From Patescibacteria group bacterium (GTDB lineage Bacteria; Patescibacteriota; UBA1384; XYA2-FULL-43-10; 1-14-0-10-43-13): 64,000 nucleotides of DNA. The translations under genes and the position numbers were made by a program. Below are positions 30,169 through 39,033 of the stretch, piece by piece; within the stretch, counting starts at the first letter, position 1; each line of letters opens with the position of its first letter. The notes under the pieces were generated by a model, which worked only from the letters and a program-made list of their open reading frames with translations, was not told where the DNA came from and ran no database searches. Location of the stretch: NCBI GenBank assembly GCA_041649155.1, contig JBAZNP010000002.1, positions 6,640-70,639 on the forward strand, in the 5' to 3' direction.

Positions 30169-31398
30169 TTACTGCTTAAAATTCAGATATCGACTCCTGA
30201 ACGCAAACTTAAGTGCGCTATCAACAGTGATTCCTTTTGCCTCCGGTGAGACCGGTGCTTTACTAAATATTCCGCAGACTCTGATCTGGTCTCCCTGAAG
30301 AAGAGAGGAAGACGATACTAGCACCGCCAGATGACGACATGACTTGTTCTTATACTCGTCGAAAATCATTACTGAATTAGTTTTGCCCAAAATCACGCTA
30401 GCCGTGAGTCCGATATAGTTATCCGGCTTCGGATTCATTATCAAGAGTATCACCTCTTTTGCGTTTTTTGGCAAAACAATCGCTTTACCTTCTATCGGCA
30501 TCTCGCCCTGACCGCCCTTCGCCAAAACATACACGGGGCCGTCATTCATTAACTTTCGATAAGTATATCCTGAAAAGTCCTGAGAGATAGCCATCTTGGC
30601 ATAATGTTCAGAATCAATGACCTTGGCTGATCCCACAATTGACTTTATAGATTCGATCCTGGCTTCTTCTGCTTCTGCCTTTGGCAAACTCTCCAATAAT
30701 CTTGCCTTACGCTTATCAGAAGGTGGGTGAGTTGAAACCCAGTTAAGGACTCCTTTGGAGCCTCTGCCCATCAAGCTAAAGACTTCAAGTGCCTCCTCTT
30801 TACTGTACTTTTGGTTGATTGCCAATAAAAAGCCTCCAAGATCAGCATCGTACTCATCTTCACGCGAATAACGAAGAGCCGACAGTTTCAGAAGGGGTTT
30901 GGCGATCTTGGCTGCTACTTTAGCGTTCCCTTCATAACCAGGCTTATTTAGCGCATCAATGGTCTGATCAATCTGCTGCGCATCTCTAACCTGTTTGTCA
31001 TACTGGCGCTCAAGATGGCCATGAGCTATGTGTGTTATCTCATGGCCAAGTATTACCGCTAAAATGCTGTCGTTCGGACACGCTTTAACTGCACCAGAGT
31101 TAACATAGATATACGACATGGCCGCACATGCATTGAAGTTATCGTCTTTGACAACACATACCCAATATGGGCATCCCAACTTTTTAGCCACTTTATGCAC
31201 CCGATTATAGATCGAGCCCGAAGTGATAAATCTTTCACCGTTTGGCCCACCCATCTGACGGTAAACTTCAGCGTCAAAACCTTTTGACACCTTCTGAAAA
31301 CTCGGATAGTCATCCTTGGCTATCGCTGGGAAAATTCCCAGTACTACCATCATAGTAGTAAGAAGCAGTGTTACTACAAACATCAATCTTCTTTCCAT
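30169..31398 (-). CDS. M48-family zinc metallopeptidase with signal peptide
   Basis: HEXXH as ILGHEITHIAHGHL; N-terminal signal/TM; 409 aa. Confidence 0.7.
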   Translation of the reverse strand: MERRLMFVVTLLLTTMMVVLGIFPAIAKDDYPSFQKVSKGFDAEVYRQMGGPNGERFITSGSIYNRVHKVAKKLGCPYWVCVVKDDNFNACAAMSYIYVNSGAVKACPNDSILAVILGHEITHIAHGHLERQYDKQVRDAQQIDQTIDALNKPGYEGNAKVAAKIAKPLLKLSALRYSREDEYDADLGGFLLAINQKYSKEEALEVFSLMGRGSKGVLNWVSTHPPSDKRKARLLESLPKAEAEEARIESIKSIVGSAKVIDSEHYAKMAISQDFSGYTYRKLMNDGPVYVLAKGGQGEMPIEGKAIVLPKNAKEVILLIMNPKPDNYIGLTASVILGKTNSVMIFDEYKNKSCRHLAVLVSSSSLLQGDQIRVCGIFSKAPVSPEAKGITVDSALKFAFRSRYLNFKQ

Positions 31399-31635
31399 GG
31401 ACTTCCTCCTGATTGTTCATCCGGAAATTACCGGTCGTTCTTATTTTACAATATTTTTTTCAATTTGTCAATGTTACTATTGACAGAAATAAAATAACGG
31501 TGTAGAGTACGCCCGCATAAAAAACTAAGCGAAAGGTTTTATAATCGCTTGTATAAAATGCAATTGGAGGTGGCCTAACCATCAAAAAGTACCTGTAACC
31601 GTAGGACAAAACACAAACTGATTTGGAGGAAAAAA

Positions 31636-32181
31636 ATGAAAGTCGTAGTAGTGTTTCTTGTGGTTGTGGTTATGATGCTTGCGGCAGCAACTTCGTTCGC
31701 TGCCAAAGCAAATGACGCCAATCTGAATGTCTCCATTGGAAATTTCATGCTATCCAACGGAGAAGTGGCAGACATGGTTGGTCCCGGATTAGGGATTACG
31801 CTTAACAAGGAAATCCCCATGTCCGGTCTGTTAGGATCCCTGAAAAATGTGAAACTTTACGGTAACCTGAGTTATGTTCGTTTTTCGAATAGCTACCAAG
31901 GCGTTTCCATTAAAGAGACTCTCATCCCTATCACAGTACGGGCAATTAAGGATTTTGATCTGGAAAACAAATCATCCTTACGCCCATACGCAGGTTTGGG
32001 TGTCGGCATAGTGCTTATGAGCCTGGATATTGAAGGTACCAGCGGATCCAAGACAGATGCCTGTCTCGAGTTGATAGGCGGAACAAAGTTCGGTTCCAAC
32101 GCCTTTGCCGAATTGAAATATCTCGGCGGTAAACGCAACGGCAACACCGGCTGGGGCCTAAATGTGGGCTGCAGCTTCTAA
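31636..32181 (+). CDS. Secreted beta-rich protein, outer-membrane beta-barrel-like (ends in ...NVGCSF)
   Basis: Signal peptide MKVVVVFLVVVVMMLAAATSFAAKA, alternating hydrophobic patterning and a C-terminal aromatic Phe; GGAGG Shine-Dalgarno. Confidence 0.45.
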   Translation: MKVVVVFLVVVVMMLAAATSFAAKANDANLNVSIGNFMLSNGEVADMVGPGLGITLNKEIPMSGLLGSLKNVKLYGNLSYVRFSNSYQGVSIKETLIPITVRAIKDFDLENKSSLRPYAGLGVGIVLMSLDIEGTSGSKTDACLELIGGTKFGSNAFAELKYLGGKRNGNTGWGLNVGCSF

Positions 32182-32187
32182 TCTCTT

Positions 32188-32225
32188 CCAGGCTAGATCG
32201 CAATGCGATCTAGCCTGTTTGTTTT
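32188..32225 (+). terminator. Rho-independent terminator
   Basis: CCAGGCTAGATCGCAatgCGATCTAGCCTG followed by TTTGTTTT. Confidence 0.75.
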
Positions 32226-32246
32226 AATGTAGATCAAAATATAATA

Positions 32247-33275
32247 TCATTTCCCCCATTTTGCCATCATGACGGCAAAATCATCAACACCTACTTTTTT
32301 GCTTTTATCAGCACCAAGTTTCGCCATCGGGTATTCCGTCTGGTTGCATCCCCAATATCTAAGCAAAATTGCAAAATCTCTAATATTTATAGAACCATCG
32401 CCATTAATATCAGCCATCTTATGTTTTTTGATCTTAATGGTTTTAGCCTCAGTTTCGCCTTCACTATTTCTATAATTAATAACATATGTTTTTGATTCTA
32501 AATCAGCAGAAAGAGAAACCTGCCAAGAAAGAACATCGAAGCCAGCAATGGGACTGGAATTATTATCAAGATAGACAGAAACAACATTCGACTTAGAACC
32601 TGTGATTTTAACTTTGTCATCATAAGTGTCGATTTCTTTGTAAGCGGTGTCATTCGTTCCAATAACTGAGTAAATCGCCTTAATCTGAATTGGCCAAATA
32701 GAACAACCCATATGCTCATTGTTTACACCATTTGTCTTCCATGTAAATTTGAATTTTAGATTATCACTTTTATAATCTGTTATATTTTCGGACACATTAT
32801 GAAAAAGCTCATCGCCAAATAGAGTTTCATCATATTTATTAATTTCAGTCCAAACGCCGTCTTTAAGAATGCTCAGACTGACATAATCAGTCCATTCACT
32901 GACTCTCGGCTCAGTATCACAAGAAATATTAAAATCAATGCTGGCAGATACTATTTTAGCATCACTCATATCTGTCGCGATAGAAACGACTGAATTTTCA
33001 ACATCATCAAGATATGGAGTATTTAAATAATCACTCCATAGAATATTATTGTCGCCTGCTTTAACAACGCCCCAATAATTATTGTTTCCTTCCCATATAA
33101 GATTCGGGCCAATTATTCCTTCCTGCAGACCAGAAAAATCTTCAAAAAAGATGGTTCTGGTATCGGTATTTGCATCGGCATTTTTACGAACAAACGAAGG
33201 AAGAAGCGTCGAAATCAATCCAACGAAAAGCAAAAAAACTACAACAAAAATGGCTTTTATGTGCCAATGTCTCAT
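32247..33275 (-). CDS. Secreted protein with a C-terminal dockerin-like tandem repeat
   Basis: Signal peptide, and a C-terminus DINGDGSINIRDFAILLRYWG ... ADKSKKVGVDDFAVMMAKWG matching a dockerin type I calcium-binding repeat pair. Confidence 0.6.
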   Translation of the reverse strand: MRHWHIKAIFVVVFLLFVGLISTLLPSFVRKNADANTDTRTIFFEDFSGLQEGIIGPNLIWEGNNNYWGVVKAGDNNILWSDYLNTPYLDDVENSVVSIATDMSDAKIVSASIDFNISCDTEPRVSEWTDYVSLSILKDGVWTEINKYDETLFGDELFHNVSENITDYKSDNLKFKFTWKTNGVNNEHMGCSIWPIQIKAIYSVIGTNDTAYKEIDTYDDKVKITGSKSNVVSVYLDNNSSPIAGFDVLSWQVSLSADLESKTYVINYRNSEGETEAKTIKIKKHKMADINGDGSINIRDFAILLRYWGCNQTEYPMAKLGADKSKKVGVDDFAVMMAKWGK

Positions 33276-33390
33276 ACTTAATATGATGCCAGATATTTTC
33301 TTTTGCTACAAATTGTTTTGGTTATTAAAATATCTGTGTTATGATTTTTCTACTGCTTTTATCAAACACAACGCATGGAGGCAAAGAACG

Positions 33391-35280
33391 TTGAAAATAT
33401 ATGTGTTCGTTTTAACAGCGCTGTTTCTGTGTTCGCCCTCTTGGGCCAAATACGGAGTATTTGATTTAAATCTTGTAGGCAACACTTACTATGCTGTTGC
33501 ACAAGGGATTAACGACAAATGTCAAATTGTCGGTTACTGCAGCACATCTGCAACTGACGATACAGTCCAAATCCCGTTTATCTGGGATGAGATTAATGGT
33601 TTAAGGGTGCTTCCCGGCGGATATGGGGATGCAAAATCGATCAGCACCAATGTTGTATGCGGCTACCTAAAGAAAAAGGGCTGGATAGCGACCATGTGGA
33701 GTGCTTCCTCAAGACAGATACTTTCAGCTACACCATTGAACTTGCCTAGTCTTGGCGGATCACAAAGTTGTCTTTTGTCTTGTAGCTCCGGAGGAAAATT
33801 GGTCGGCTGGACCACTGACGTCTCTCAGAATAAAAAGGCCTGCACTTGGATAACTAATCAAACCAACATTCACGTTGAAACTAGTCTAGTCTGTACTCCT
33901 AATGACGATGGTACATACCATTTGGGCTACACGACTAGCAGTTCCTACGACCCTGCCACCTATATATGCAAGCCAATCGGTCCGAGTACAATAGGTTATG
34001 AAGCAACATCGGTCATTGGCACAGAAAGAAGTTGGGGAGGATTTGGTAACGCAATTGTGGCTGGTAAAAACGCTTCAGGACAGGGATTCTTAGTCCTGAA
34101 CAATCAACATTACCCACTTAATGTTTACCCCTCGTGTAATCCGCAGAATGACATCTTCCAGCTCTTACTTGACAGCAGCGCTTCCTTTACGGGAATCAAT
34201 GAAATGGAGTCTCTCTGCGGCCAAGTGGGGAATGTTGGATCTGAACGAGCTTTCCTGCAAGAGAACGAAGTTCGAACGCTTATTCCACTCTTCAATGGAG
34301 ATGTTAAGAGTTTTGCGACCGGTATTAATGATCAAATTAGTAAAAATGTTTGCTTCTTTGATCCTCTGGCCGCAGAAACACGCGGTATAAATGTTTTAAA
34401 TTATCAACATGCCGTTCAGGTAGTTGGTTATTCATTCGACAGTCTTAACAGAAACCATGCTTTTATCTGGACCAAAGGCGGAAATTGTGTGTATTTGCCA
34501 GATTTAGGCGGCGGAGAGTCATGGGCCTACGGTGTTAATGATGTTGGCGAAGTCTGCGGCGCCTCTAAAGACTCTTCTGGTATAGTCCGCGCAGTACTGT
34601 GGCGCCAGATTGATGATGAAGCAGATCCTCCCCGCATGATGTCGTCTGCAGGCAAAAGTACCGGCTTACAAGTTGGCCACGTTCATATTCTAAACGGATT
34701 AGTCATTAGTAACACGCTAAGTGATTATTCAGGTTGTTTCTCTTACATCCAAATTCCGGAAGTCCTTTCTGCTGTTAAGGTAATTGGCCCATATGGTCTA
34801 ACCAAAAGAGAAATCGTTGAATTCGAAGGTACACTAAAAAGAGAGTGCGGTGAATTCACACTCTATCCGGAAATGACCCTCTTCGCTAGAGCAAACGGAG
34901 AAATTCCTTCTCCGTTTGCTTTCAGCAATAGATCTATCGTCGATACATCAATCGGCAGTGGTCCTCCTTACTCAGGCAGAGCCAAAATCTGGGGCAAGGT
35001 GTTGGATATTAGTTATTTCCCCGACTATCAACGTCTGTTGATTAATGACGGAAGTAATTTTATCCTGCAGGATAGCTATCCTGTTTTCGACGGAGACGGT
35101 AACCTTGCTTATGATGAGAACGGGCAAACAATAATGGTTCCGCCTGTTATCGGCATCTTCGTATGCTTGCCTCGCACCATACCTGTCTCCATTGGAGAAT
35201 CTTACGTCTTTACAGGCGTAAAAGGCAATCTAATGTATAACAAACTCGTCCCGATACTCTGGGACGCAGAAATACAATAA
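33391..35280 (+). CDS. Secreted HAF-family extracellular repeat protein
   Basis: TTG start at 33391 with a GGAGG Shine-Dalgarno 9 nt upstream. This avoids the track's 5' extension that overlaps the convergent gene. Signal peptide MKIYVFVLTALFLCSPSWA. Repeated G(I/V)ND.G.V.G units including NRNHAFIWTKGG...DLGGGESWAYGVNDVGEVCG. Confidence 0.55.
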   Translation: MKIYVFVLTALFLCSPSWAKYGVFDLNLVGNTYYAVAQGINDKCQIVGYCSTSATDDTVQIPFIWDEINGLRVLPGGYGDAKSISTNVVCGYLKKKGWIATMWSASSRQILSATPLNLPSLGGSQSCLLSCSSGGKLVGWTTDVSQNKKACTWITNQTNIHVETSLVCTPNDDGTYHLGYTTSSSYDPATYICKPIGPSTIGYEATSVIGTERSWGGFGNAIVAGKNASGQGFLVLNNQHYPLNVYPSCNPQNDIFQLLLDSSASFTGINEMESLCGQVGNVGSERAFLQENEVRTLIPLFNGDVKSFATGINDQISKNVCFFDPLAAETRGINVLNYQHAVQVVGYSFDSLNRNHAFIWTKGGNCVYLPDLGGGESWAYGVNDVGEVCGASKDSSGIVRAVLWRQIDDEADPPRMMSSAGKSTGLQVGHVHILNGLVISNTLSDYSGCFSYIQIPEVLSAVKVIGPYGLTKREIVEFEGTLKRECGEFTLYPEMTLFARANGEIPSPFAFSNRSIVDTSIGSGPPYSGRAKIWGKVLDISYFPDYQRLLINDGSNFILQDSYPVFDGDGNLAYDENGQTIMVPPVIGIFVCLPRTIPVSIGESYVFTGVKGNLMYNKLVPILWDAEIQ

Positions 35281-35286
35281 TCCAAT

Positions 35287-35322
35287 CTCCCCTCGCTAAC
35301 TTGCAGCGAGGGGGATTTTTTT
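35287..35322 (+). terminator. Rho-independent terminator
   Basis: TCCCCTCGCtaacttgcaGCGAGGGGGA followed by TTTTTTT. Confidence 0.75.
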
Positions 35323-35407
35323 GAAAATAGCCAAAATAGTCCACAAAAAAAGTCCCCCCACATTAATCTGTGAGAGGACTTCAGTTTTTTCTTCCCTGCA
35401 AAATACT

Positions 35408-36337
35408 CTATTCCTTATACTCGATTTTCACTTTAAGCGAATCATTCTTTTCAGGAGTACATACTTTAAACCATATGCTCCCCGTGGTTCGAGCTATCCC
35501 CGTGCCGGATCTTTCCTCGAGCAACTTCATTCTCGGACCGGAATATCCATAGTCATGTTCAAGATATAGTTTTAATTCTTCCCCCGTACCAACGAAAACT
35601 GCCATATCTGAATAGTCGACCTTATCAATCCCATACGCTCCATAGTCATAGACTTTTTCTCCAATCACCTCATATCGAAATCTCTGACCCTTGCAAATAG
35701 AATGGCCATGCCAGTTCTCATCAAAAGGAACGTTCATGGTAACGCATCCCCACCAGTCAGATAACTCTTTTTTGGCTTTCTTACCCTCATCTGTTCGAGG
35801 ATATTGCTCAGCCAGACGACTATACAACGCCCTAGACTCATTACGATCAGAATCGAAATTCGTTGATGCTGCGCTCAAGATTGCGCCAGGAGCCCTTTTG
35901 TCTTGTGGAAAGTTGTCTGCGAACTTTACCTGATTAACGCAAGTTCTCACATTAAGATCATAGCAGAAATCGGCATCTTCCTCCTCTAATTCAGGCATGA
36001 TTTCCGCTGCAATCACAAGATCATCAGTTTTTCCCGTTTCCTCATCCTTTGTGAGAAAATCGCAGACCTTCTTCTTGAACGACTCATCCAATTGAACTGC
36101 TTTTTTGAATCGCTCAAGTGCTTCATCGCGATTGCCTTCCAGTCGCTCAATTTGCCCATAAACAAATTGGGCATCGGCGTTCTTGGGATTGTCCTTGATT
36201 TCTTCCTTGAGCAGATCGATGGCTTCTGAATAGGAACTTATCTTCATAAGCTCTTTCGCTTTATCCACACGATGTGATCCGCATCCTGCGACGACCACGA
36301 CTATTACTACCAAAATCAAAAACATTACCTTTTTCAT
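35408..36337 (-). CDS. Lipoprotein with an N-terminal TPR-like region
   Basis: Start at MKKVMFLILVVIVVVVAGCGS (lipobox VAGC); TPR-like helices at AIDLLKEEIKDNPKNADAQFVYGQIERLEGN. Confidence 0.55.
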   Translation of the reverse strand: MKKVMFLILVVIVVVVAGCGSHRVDKAKELMKISSYSEAIDLLKEEIKDNPKNADAQFVYGQIERLEGNRDEALERFKKAVQLDESFKKKVCDFLTKDEETGKTDDLVIAAEIMPELEEEDADFCYDLNVRTCVNQVKFADNFPQDKRAPGAILSAASTNFDSDRNESRALYSRLAEQYPRTDEGKKAKKELSDWWGCVTMNVPFDENWHGHSICKGQRFRYEVIGEKVYDYGAYGIDKVDYSDMAVFVGTGEELKLYLEHDYGYSGPRMKLLEERSGTGIARTTGSIWFKVCTPEKNDSLKVKIEYKE

Positions 36338-36480
36338 TTTGCGTCCTCCTATCGGATCGTTTTTTTGCAGTATTTGAATATACGACACTAACTTAGCGTT
36401 AGTGGAAAAATGGATGTCAATGTACAATGTACGATCGACACTATATCACTAAATTGAAATTATGTCAATATAACCCTATC

Positions 36481-36502
36481 AAAAAAGACCTGCGACAGGT
36501 CT
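36481..36502 (-). terminator. Terminator ~158 nt downstream of the GNAT gene
   Basis: Minus strand: AGACCTGtcgCAGGTCT followed by TTTTTT. Confidence 0.5.
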
Positions 36503-36659
36503 CTTGCATACTGGAACTTTCTCCCGGGCTTCTTTTGTATCGTCCGTTCATAGTCTTCCATGATCGGTTTCCATCGTTTAAGAACAACGATATCTCCACA
36601 TTTCACAGGCCTCCTTTTAGTATTAATTATACCTCAGGAAGTTACCTAATTAGTGAACA

Positions 36660-37175
36660 TTAACAACCGTCCCTGAAAACCGCAATTAGCCCCATCCTCA
36701 CCTCATTACAATATTTGCCATTTTTATAAAATTGCTCTCTAATCAAGCCCTCTTTGACGAACCCGCATTTTTTATAACACTTAAGGCCTGCGACGTTTTC
36801 TTCAAAGCAGCCGAGTGAAATTCGATGTAACTTTAATGTTTTAAAGGCATAGTCAATTATAAATTTAACTGCTCGTTGACCAATCCCCTTTCCGCGAAAT
36901 TCCTTTTCACCAATTGCAATATATAGCTCTGCATTTTTATCATCTTGATCAATATGAGTAAGCCCAACCTGTCCAATTGGCTTTTTGTCATACAAAATCA
37001 TAAATATTTTTCTTGTCTCGTCAGTCTTATATTTCTCATACCATCTTAAATGAAAATCAAAATCAGTTCCTTGTCTGGTTCTAGTACCAAGGAATTCTGT
37101 GGTTTCTGGATCATTTAACCATTTGAATCGATATTTCAAATCAGTTTTTCGAATCGGTCTAAAAGTAATTTTCAT
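36660..37175 (-). CDS. GNAT-family N-acetyltransferase (RimJ/RimL-like)
   Basis: QVGLTHID...IAIGEKEFRGKGIGQRAVKFIIDYAF acetyl-CoA binding motif; 171 aa. Confidence 0.8.
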   Translation of the reverse strand: MKITFRPIRKTDLKYRFKWLNDPETTEFLGTRTRQGTDFDFHLRWYEKYKTDETRKIFMILYDKKPIGQVGLTHIDQDDKNAELYIAIGEKEFRGKGIGQRAVKFIIDYAFKTLKLHRISLGCFEENVAGLKCYKKCGFVKEGLIREQFYKNGKYCNEVRMGLIAVFRDGC

Positions 37176-37182
37176 AGTTCTA

Positions 37183-37380
37183 TTATATCAACTTTCTTAA
37201 AGTTTTATCAAAAGCAGACACAAGTTCACTTCTTTCTGTTGCGTCTAAAATCCGTAAGAGTTTTGCTTTGCTTTTTTGTTTTGGTTTGATCCCTAAATTA
37301 GACGCGATCATGACAAGATCACTAACAGCTAAATTCTTAAGAACCGGTATCACAGAACTATTGTTTAATGCTTGATCCAT
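37183..37380 (-). CDS. Small SAP/Rho-N-like helical protein (65 aa) upstream of the GNAT gene
   Basis: NLAVSDLVMIASNLGIKPKQKSKAKLLRILD resembles an Rho_N/SAP helix-extension-helix; 8-nt gap to the GNAT start. Confidence 0.4.
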   Translation of the reverse strand: MDQALNNSSVIPVLKNLAVSDLVMIASNLGIKPKQKSKAKLLRILDATERSELVSAFDKTLRKLI

Positions 37381-37452
37381 TTTATCCTTTCTTTAAAAAA
37401 TTTTTGTTCCGCACATATGCACGATCGTGTATTTGAGCGGAACTGTTTAATG

Positions 37453-37680
37453 TTAAGAATTATTAATTTTCAAAATTACACAACTGGTCGATTTTTTTAA
37501 GTTATTTAAATAGCTAACTATTGCTCCTTCTTTTTTGCCAACAACTGCTTTTCCGAACAAAGAGTCGACTGAAATTTTACCTAAGCTTATGTCCGTTTCT
37601 CTTTGGGAAACTAGCTCAATAGTTTCCTCCTCCTCTCCAAACTTGACGATTATTTTTGAACCAATTTTGACTTCTTTCAT
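37453..37680 (-). CDS. GreA/GreB C-terminal (FKBP-like) domain-only protein, 75 aa
   Basis: ISVDSLFGKAVVGKKEGAIVSY matches the Gre-factor C-terminal domain consensus (iSxxSPlgxALlGkkxGD); no N-terminal coiled coil; AGGA Shine-Dalgarno. Confidence 0.5.
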   Translation of the reverse strand: MKEVKIGSKIIVKFGEEEETIELVSQRETDISLGKISVDSLFGKAVVGKKEGAIVSYLNNLKKSTSCVILKINNS

Positions 37681-37726
37681 TTCAATCCTTGTTAATGATT
37701 TGCTTGTTTTATACTACATAAAAAAA

Positions 37727-37830
37727 TCCCCATCCATACCGCATCCGTACTTGAGAGGTTCTTTTCTATGAAAAATAGCAAAAAAGGTGTCACTTTTATG
37801 CGGTCGCATTATTTTGACACCTTTTTTGCT
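37727..37830. repeat. Copy A of a ~100-nt two-part intergenic repeat, ending in a bidirectional terminator-like hairpin
   Basis: Part 1: tccccatccataccgcatccgtacttgagaggttctttt. Part 2: atgaaaaatagcaaaaaaGGTGTCActtttATGCGgtCGCATtattttGACACCtttttt. Part 2 matches copy B at 55/57 positions. Confidence 0.85.
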
Positions 37831-37942
37831 ACATAATGAATCTTTAAGCAATTTCGCGTGACTTGTCCAATCGATTAATTTAACATAATATACAGACATG
37901 AAAACAGACAAATATTTAAGAAAAAGAGGCGGACGCGCGCAG

Positions 37943-38205
37943 ATGATTTATGTTGTATGCGCCAAATGTGGAGAAAAAGTTTTGTATTATCAAAAAGATG
38001 CTATTTAAATAGAATATTTGCCCCTTCTCATCTAGAAAAACTACAATATGATAAAAATATTAAGACTCCGAATGATTTGTCTAATCTAATTTGCAGTTGT
38101 GGAAATCTAATCGGGACACCCATGATACATAAGGATAAAAGACTCGCATTCAGATTGGAAAGAGGTAGCTTTAAGAGGAAGAAATTTAAGAAAGAATATT
38201 TGTAG
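37943..38205 (+). pseudogene. Frameshifted zinc-ribbon gene (CxxC ... CxC); two reading frames needed
   Basis: Frame 1: MIYVVCAKCGEKVLYYQKDAI*. Frame -1 continues ...YLNRIFAPSHLEKLQYDKNIKTPNDLSNLICSCGNLIGTPMIHKDKRLAFRLERGSFKRKKFKKEYL. The shift maps near the A5 run/ATTTAAAT at ~37995-38010. Confidence 0.35.
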
Positions 38206-38319
38206 AAGATATCTAGATATTATAAAAGGGCCCATAAAGAGCCCTTTTGGAAATTCTGAACTAATTTAGTATCGTTCAGATCAGATAGGTTAACCAGAAC
38301 CTTTTGTATTAGCCATGGA

Positions 38320-39021
38320 TCAAGTTTTCCTTTGCGATCCTTTGTACGCTATGCCAATCGATGAGAACTCTATCATTTCAACAATGAAATGCTCTTCCAA
38401 CACTCCACAGAAATAACTGGAATTGTATGCTACTGTATCCAAGCCATCGCTCGACACAAAGCGGACACCAGTATTATCGGATATGCATTTGATCTGTTTA
38501 TAACCACAGTTTTGGTAGTACTGTGATCTTGCATGGTTAGCAAAGTCATTTGTGAGATACGAGCAGATTAAAAATGGATAGTGAGCCTTCACAAGGCTGC
38601 TCAAAACCACTGCTGGTTCGCTCATATTTCCAAAACTGTTGAATGGAAATACAGCAAGAACCTTAGCTGAGTCCTGAAGCAGTCCTTCTTTGCACGGAAG
38701 CTCATGTATCATGGCGGCATCGCCTATCTTTATCTGATATCGATCAAAAGATAACCCATATGACAAAATCCTATCTTGGCCATTTTCGACATATCTCTCG
38801 ATAATGTCTATTCCAAGATAGGATTTTTGCTGTCTTACAGCCCAATCAAGATATCTCCCATCCATACAGCCAACCTCAACCAATGTCTCGAATCGGCTAG
38901 CAAGTGATGTAAGCAAATCTTCTTCTGCTATGAGATATTCAGTTATCTCATTGGGGTATCTAGATGGATCCACCAAGCGATCACCATGCCCCGAAGAATA
39001 GAAACCATATGTAGCGAGCAC
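38320..39021 (-). CDS. Putative class I SAM-dependent methyltransferase
   Basis: GTG start; motif-I-like LVEVGCMDGRYL and post-II-like VLAVFPFNSFGN; 233 aa. Confidence 0.5.
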   Translation of the reverse strand: MLATYGFYSSGHGDRLVDPSRYPNEITEYLIAEEDLLTSLASRFETLVEVGCMDGRYLDWAVRQQKSYLGIDIIERYVENGQDRILSYGLSFDRYQIKIGDAAMIHELPCKEGLLQDSAKVLAVFPFNSFGNMSEPAVVLSSLVKAHYPFLICSYLTNDFANHARSQYYQNCGYKQIKCISDNTGVRFVSSDGLDTVAYNSSYFCGVLEEHFIVEMIEFSSIGIAYKGSQRKT

Positions 39022-39033
39022 GTATCACCTCCA

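Noticed and set aside
33082-33390. 5' extension of the 33082..35280 ORF (track start)
   Set aside because: It overlaps the convergent dockerin gene (32247..33275) on the opposite strand and has no Shine-Dalgarno. An in-frame TTG at 33391 with GGAGG at -9 begins exactly at the signal peptide.
37794-37862. A 22-codon ORF (MKNSKKGVTFMRSHYFDTFFAT) spanning repeat part 2
   Set aside because: The second copy of the repeat carries a 1-nt indel that destroys the frame, so the conserved feature is the RNA/DNA hairpin, not a peptide.
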